Shown in pieces: positions 9,901 through 14,340 of a stretch of 64,000 nt of DNA. Source of the DNA: Flavobacteriaceae bacterium. Its GTDB lineage: Bacteria; Bacteroidota; Bacteroidia; Flavobacteriales; Flavobacteriaceae. Numbering within the stretch: the stretch's first letter is position 1; each line of letters starts with the position of its first letter. Below the pieces are notes generated by a model, which was given only the letters and a program-made list of their open reading frames with translations, was not told where the DNA came from and ran no database searches. Location of the stretch: assembly GCA_002721275.1 (NCBI GenBank), contig PBJZ01000018.1:3729-67728 (forward strand). The letters run 5' to 3'. The translations under genes were made by a program, and so were the position numbers.

Positions 9901-12732
9901 TTGTGCAGCAATAGAAGGCGAAGAAACTAAAGTGATAACTTGCTCAGGAGCTACACTGATTGTTCCATTGACTGTCGCTTCTGTGCAACCACCGGAATTT
10001 CCGCTGGTTGTAATTGTATAAGTAAACTCTGTATCAGTAAGTAATGTGAGTGAAGGAGTTCCTGATATAGTCAAAATACCACCTGAAAAAGCACTTGTAA
10101 CTCCTGGAGGAAGACCATCAACAACTAAAGCAGTGGGCGAAGAAACCGTAGCACCTGTGGCACCTAAAATATCGTAAGTTATAGAGGTAATTGCGGAGTT
10201 AACACACACAGATTGACTGTTAGTAGATCCACCTGATGTTAATGAAACAGTTGATGTAGGTTTTACAGTAATAGTTCCTACAGTAGATGAATTTGTTGAA
10301 CAAATACTTGCTCCTGTAGTTGAGATTGTATATGAATAAACACCTGGAGTTTCACTCAAACTGACAGTTCCAAATACCTCAATTTTATTTAAATTAGGAG
10401 TGATATTTGAAGTGCTCATATTTGCGGACTGAGTTCCACCCAGGGTTACTGCTGAAAAAGATAATCCTGGTGTATCTGCAGTTAGATTAATTCCTGTCGT
10501 TCCGCTTGTGGATGCGCTAACTAAAGATATTCCATCATTTTGAATTAATGTAAGTAATCCGTTTCTTATATCTTGTGCAGAGCTTGAACCTGTTGCATTA
10601 AAAACATAAGCTCTACTATTAATAAATAATTTATATGAGCCTTGAGCTGCAGAAGTAATTTTTATTGTATTTACTTGAGCTTGGGTTGTTTGTAGAACTT
10701 GAAGTCCATCTGGAAGTCCAATTTCTGATACAACTGTAGGGCTTATTGTGGTTGCAGAAACACTTCCTCCACTAAGATTATAAGTAATTGTTGCAATTGA
10801 TGATCCTACACAAATATTCTGTGCTGTAGGTCCAGAATCATATGTAATAGATTCTGGAGATTCAACAATTATGAAAACCGGATCTGTATACTTTTCACAC
10901 TCATGACCCTTGTAAGTTGAAATTGCTGCTCTTCGATAATAACTGCTCTCAAATAGATTTGGTGGCTGATAATTTTGGGTGTAAACCCCGACATTACTGT
11001 AATTATCTCCATCAGTAGATTTTTCCCATCTGTATGTTAATGAAGCCGTTAATCCTAAACTAGGACTCGTACCAGTAATATTTGATGGCGCATTACCATA
11101 ACATATCGTTTGATTGGATGATAACGTTCCAGCATCTGATATATTATTTAAATCAACTGAAATATAAATCTCAGAAGAACATCCAGTCCCACTGGAACCC
11201 GTAAAGCCTGTAACTTTTATCACATTACCATTTTGAAAAGAACTAAATGTTGTAGTACTTGCGGTTGTCGTTGATCCTCCAAGAACTTGAAAGGTGTAGG
11301 ATGTTGCACCTGATGCCTGAATAACTTGTGTCGAACCCTCACATATTACAATACCCTGACTACCCTTTAATCTTTCGACTCCAATTAGAGCTCCACTGTT
11401 TGCATCAGAGGATGATGTGATTACAGAAAAAGCTGACCCGGCAGAGGGATTTGTTATAGTTAAAAATGCAGAAGATCCATCTCCTCCTCCATCAACGATA
11501 GTATAACCACTACCTGCTAAATTTGTAACCAAGGCATCGATTGCAAGATTTGCAGCAGTAATAGTATTTGAAGACGTATAAGTAGTTCCAGTTGTTGTAA
11601 TTGAAAATGTATCGCCCGCATCAATACTTCCTGAAATAGTAATTTTATATGATTCATTGTCATTAAATAAAGTAAATCCTGTTCCAGATACAGTTATGGA
11701 TGAACCAGAATCTTCAGGTGTCAAGTTAACATCGACTGATATTGGATAAGTCTGTCTTTCACATCCATTAGAATCGGTCAACTTTGCATAAATTACATAA
11801 TCTGTTTTACTATTTCTAGTAAAGTTTTGATTTGAAGTTGATCCAGTTGCACTACCATTATTAACATAAAAATTATATGAAACCCCTCCACTTGTATTAA
11901 AGTCTATCGATTCATCACTACAAATCTCCACAAATTGTGAACCAGCAATAACATTTGGAGAATCAAAATTAAGTGTTCCAGATGAGGATGCAGAGTAATT
12001 AAAAGATGTACCGGAGTTAACCCCGGTAATTCTAATTATCCTTTTGGTAGCAGCACCAGATGGTGCTCCAGCATTATTAGCATCATAAGCTGCGTCTGCA
12101 TTTATTAAAGAGGCCAATGCAGTAGCAATATTTTCAGCAGATCTTGAGGTTGATGCTGTGACTGTATGAGTATAAGTAGTACCACTTAAAGTAATAGAAT
12201 AACTCTCCTCTGAAGAGCCAGTTGTTGATGTACCTATGAGTATTTCAACTATTTGTTGTCTTGGAGTTTGACTTAAACCTGGAGTATTTAGTGGAGATGC
12301 TGTTCCTCTTGTTACAGTAATTTCCGCAACTTTAGAATCTATTATAGTTCCAGGAGAATCATCAAAATAAACCTCTGCTGTAACAGTATTCGGTCCAGGA
12401 TTGATCATTGATATAGTTTGCGTAACAGTAAATGAAGTTTGAGACTGAACATCAGAAGCAGGCATATCTTTATAATATGTTGCTGAGTTAGTTCCTATTA
12501 CTGTGATTTTTAGTGTCGCAGAAGATGTTGTTAGTGTAACTGCTGAGGTATTTGTAAAAACAGTACCAAAATCATAATTTATTGTAGGGCAAGCATCAGG
12601 AATCGTTGGAGAGGGAACTGCAACTCCTTGGAAAGAATCTATTCTAATGTCTTGTGCAAAAAGACATATCGGAGATAATAATATTATACCAATACATAAT
12701 ATGTGTTTAATAAAACTTTTCAAAATTCTCAC
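1..12732 (-). CDS. Giant secreted cell-surface repeat protein, N-terminal 4,244 codons only (the 3' end lies beyond position 1). It is a mosaic of Ig-like (He_PIG-like / PKD-like) modules and a recurrent uncharacterised ~85-95 aa module.
   Basis: I translated the minus strand manually, line by line, in the frame aligned to position 1. None of the 4,244 plus-strand triplets is tta, cta or tca, so the minus strand has no stop codon. An upstream in-frame TAG at 12744-12742 bounds the 5' end. The start is GTG 12732-12730 (alternative TTG 12741-12739), and there is no in-frame ATG before codon 90. The N-terminus reads [34 protein letters not shown], a signal peptide. The last codons in the window read ...[20 protein letters not shown]. 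The ORF is missing from the supplied track, probably because it has no stop codon inside the window. Confidence 0.9.
   Translation of the reverse strand, partial: [4244 protein letters not shown]
3973..5697 (-). other. Central Cys-rich region with three modules carrying an [IL]-[TQ]-W-S-[LI] ... G-x-[LV]-[TD]-W-x-x-x-F-x-G ... G-C-x-G signature (5308-5697, 4228-4560, 3973-4200). They are interleaved with two copies of the uncharacterised module.
   Basis: Translations: [137 protein letters not shown]. Confidence 0.6.
7555..8100 (-). repeat. Two tandem PKD-like/Ig-like modules with the Bacteroidota-typical I-C-x-G/Y ... Y-[QR]-W ... W ... Y-Y-R-R signature. Further copies lie at 10861-11127 and 6973-7221.
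   Basis: Translations: ...[10 protein letters not shown]...[42 protein letters not shown]...; ...[11 protein letters not shown]...[42 protein letters not shown]...; also ...[10 protein letters not shown]...[18 protein letters not shown]...SSYYRRAAI (residues 536-624) and ...[10 protein letters not shown]...[14 protein letters not shown]...TSYFRIRS (residues 1838-1920). Confidence 0.7.
8101..10860 (-). repeat. Three tandem protein-level super-repeats (~305 aa, ~920 nt each). Each is [Ig-like module carrying an inserted ~95 aa module] + [plain Ig-like module].
   Basis: The Q-x-[IV]-C-x-x-S-[AI]-I-x-x-I-x-Y motif recurs at residues 640/944/1257 (inserted type) and 841/1152/1454 (plain type). 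The Cys pairs are 641-811, 947-1121 and 1260-1425 in the inserted type, and 843-916, 1155-1229 and 1457-1531 in the plain type. Copies are diverged, roughly 35-45% identical by eye, and are not near-identical at DNA level. Confidence 0.8.
12655..12732 (-). other. Predicted Sec signal peptide of the giant protein (residues 1-26, cleavage after LFA)
   Basis: The N-terminus is basic (R2, K5, K9), followed by the hydrophobic core [15 protein letters not shown] and then A/QD. The call is by eye; no predictor was run. Confidence 0.6.
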
Positions 12733-12886
12733 CTGATACAACTACTCTTTTACAACCAACAATTAATAACAATTATTATTTAAAAGAGTAATTTATTCAT
12801 ATATAGTAAAGTTATGTAAATTATGTTAACAATAATCTAATTTGTTAAATCAATTATTTTATAAAATTTTACACTAATTTAATTAG

Positions 12887-13363
12887 GTGAAAAAAATTAA
12901 ACTATTATTAATTATAACTTTTTTAATTGGATGTTCAAGGACACAAGACTCTATAAATGATTTTGAAATTCTGAAAAAACTATATGAGAATACATTGAGA
13001 AACGAATATTTAATTGATTCAATTATTACATACAAAGGGCCTTCAAATTTTAAGAATATTTCTATTGATTTTGATGTTTATCAAGTTATTTATAAACAAA
13101 AAAATGGAAACAAGGGAAGTAAATTCTATACATTAACTAAAAATGAAATTTTTAGACTTGGTAAAGGCCTTAATTGTGTAATAATTAGTAATGAAAAAAG
13201 ATGGAAAAAAACAGGTGAAAGAATTACTTCATTAAAATCATGGATTATTAATAATCAAGAAGAAAATTTTATAGATAAACCAATAAATAATTTAAAATCA
13301 TTGTCACATAATTCTGATAAGGATGATCTACCTGAAAATTTAAAAAAAGTAATTTGTAACTAA
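12887..13363 (+). CDS. Small lipoprotein of unknown function
   Basis: Track ORF of 158 aa with a GTG start. The N-terminus MKKIKLLLIITFLIGC has a lipobox Cys. I recognise no family. Confidence 0.6.
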   Translation: MKKIKLLLIITFLIGCSRTQDSINDFEILKKLYENTLRNEYLIDSIITYKGPSNFKNISIDFDVYQVIYKQKNGNKGSKFYTLTKNEIFRLGKGLNCVIISNEKRWKKTGERITSLKSWIINNQEENFIDKPINNLKSLSHNSDKDDLPENLKKVICN

Positions 13364-14337
13364 ATAAATTTCATTTTTTTCATCCAATCGTCATTATAAA
13401 TTTTTCCAATATAACGACTTCCCGAGTCATGAAGTAATACAACGACAACATCATCCGGCTTTAACTTATTTTTTAATTGTATAATCCCCTTGATTGCAGC
13501 ACCGCAGGAGTTACCTGCAAATATACCCTCTTCCCTTGCAAGTTTTCTGGTATATAATGCAGCATCCTTATCTGTAACTTTTTCAAACAAATCAATTAGA
13601 TTAAAATTCACATTTTTAGGTAAAATGTCTTCTCCTATTCCCTCTGTTGTATATGGATATATTTCTTTTTCATCAAAAATTCCTGTCTCATGATATTTTT
13701 TAAATACTGAACCATAAGTATCGATACCCCAAATTTTAATATTCTTATTTTTTTCTTTTAAATATCTAGAAACGCCTGAGATTGTTCCTCCTGTTCCAAC
13801 TCCTACAACAAAATGTGTAATCTTACCCATAGTTTGCTTCCATATTTCGGGACCAGTTTGCTCATAATGTGCAACTGAATTAGAGGGGTTGTCATATTGA
13901 TTTACATACCATGAATTTGGTATTTCTTCTCCTAATTTTTTTGAAACACTATAATATGATTTAGGATCTGAAGCAGGGACATTAGTAGGACAAACAATAA
14001 CTTTGGCTCCCATGGCCTTCAACACATCAAACTTTTCCTTAGATTGTTTATCGGTTGAAACACAAATTAATTTGTACCCTTTCACTATCGCAGCCAGAGC
14101 CAACCCCATTCCAGTATTTCCGGATGTTCCTTCAACAATTGTTCCACCTGGTTTCAAAAGACCACTTTTTTCCGCATCCTCGACCATCTTCAATGCCATT
14201 CTATCCTTAACTGATGCACCAGGATTAAAAAACTCTAATTTTGCGTAAACCTTAGCCCTAATTTCACTGGTTATTTTATTTAATTTAACCATTGGTGTGT
14301 TACCTATAGTCTCTAATATATTATTTGATATTTTCAT
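13360..14337 (-). CDS. PLP-dependent cysteine synthase / cystathionine beta-synthase family enzyme (no CBS-pair domains)
   Basis: 325 aa. It has the PLP-lysine motif NPGASVKDR, plus GNTGMGLA and GVGTGGTISG glycine loops typical of the fold-type II Trp-synthase-beta-like family. Confidence 0.8.
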   Translation of the reverse strand: MKISNNILETIGNTPMVKLNKITSEIRAKVYAKLEFFNPGASVKDRMALKMVEDAEKSGLLKPGGTIVEGTSGNTGMGLALAAIVKGYKLICVSTDKQSKEKFDVLKAMGAKVIVCPTNVPASDPKSYYSVSKKLGEEIPNSWYVNQYDNPSNSVAHYEQTGPEIWKQTMGKITHFVVGVGTGGTISGVSRYLKEKNKNIKIWGIDTYGSVFKKYHETGIFDEKEIYPYTTEGIGEDILPKNVNFNLIDLFEKVTDKDAALYTRKLAREEGIFAGNSCGAAIKGIIQLKNKLKPDDVVVVLLHDSGSRYIGKIYNDDWMKKMKFI

Positions 14338-14340
14338 AAG

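Noticed and set aside
1-12732. Visibly higher G+C in the first 12.7 kb than in neighbouring genes, which might indicate a horizontally acquired island. Spot counts were 38% for one 60-nt line at positions 1-60 and 22% for one line in the neighbouring lipoprotein gene. My impression for ribosomal genes is about 33-35%.
   Set aside because: The shift is explained by amino-acid composition. Thr (ACN), Gly (GGN), Ala (GCN), Ser and Pro codons dominate, and third positions remain A/T-biased as in the rest of the window. There are no flanking tRNA, integrase, IS or direct repeats at the one visible boundary. Composition alone is not evidence of HGT.
12733-12886. A promoter for the giant gene in the 154-bp spacer.
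   Set aside because: There is no exact CAAAnnTA (which would be TAnnTTTG on the minus strand) in the spacer. The only near-match is a 7-mer, TAATTTG, on the plus strand at ~12837-12843, and it has the wrong spacing. I cannot support a promoter call from sequence alone.
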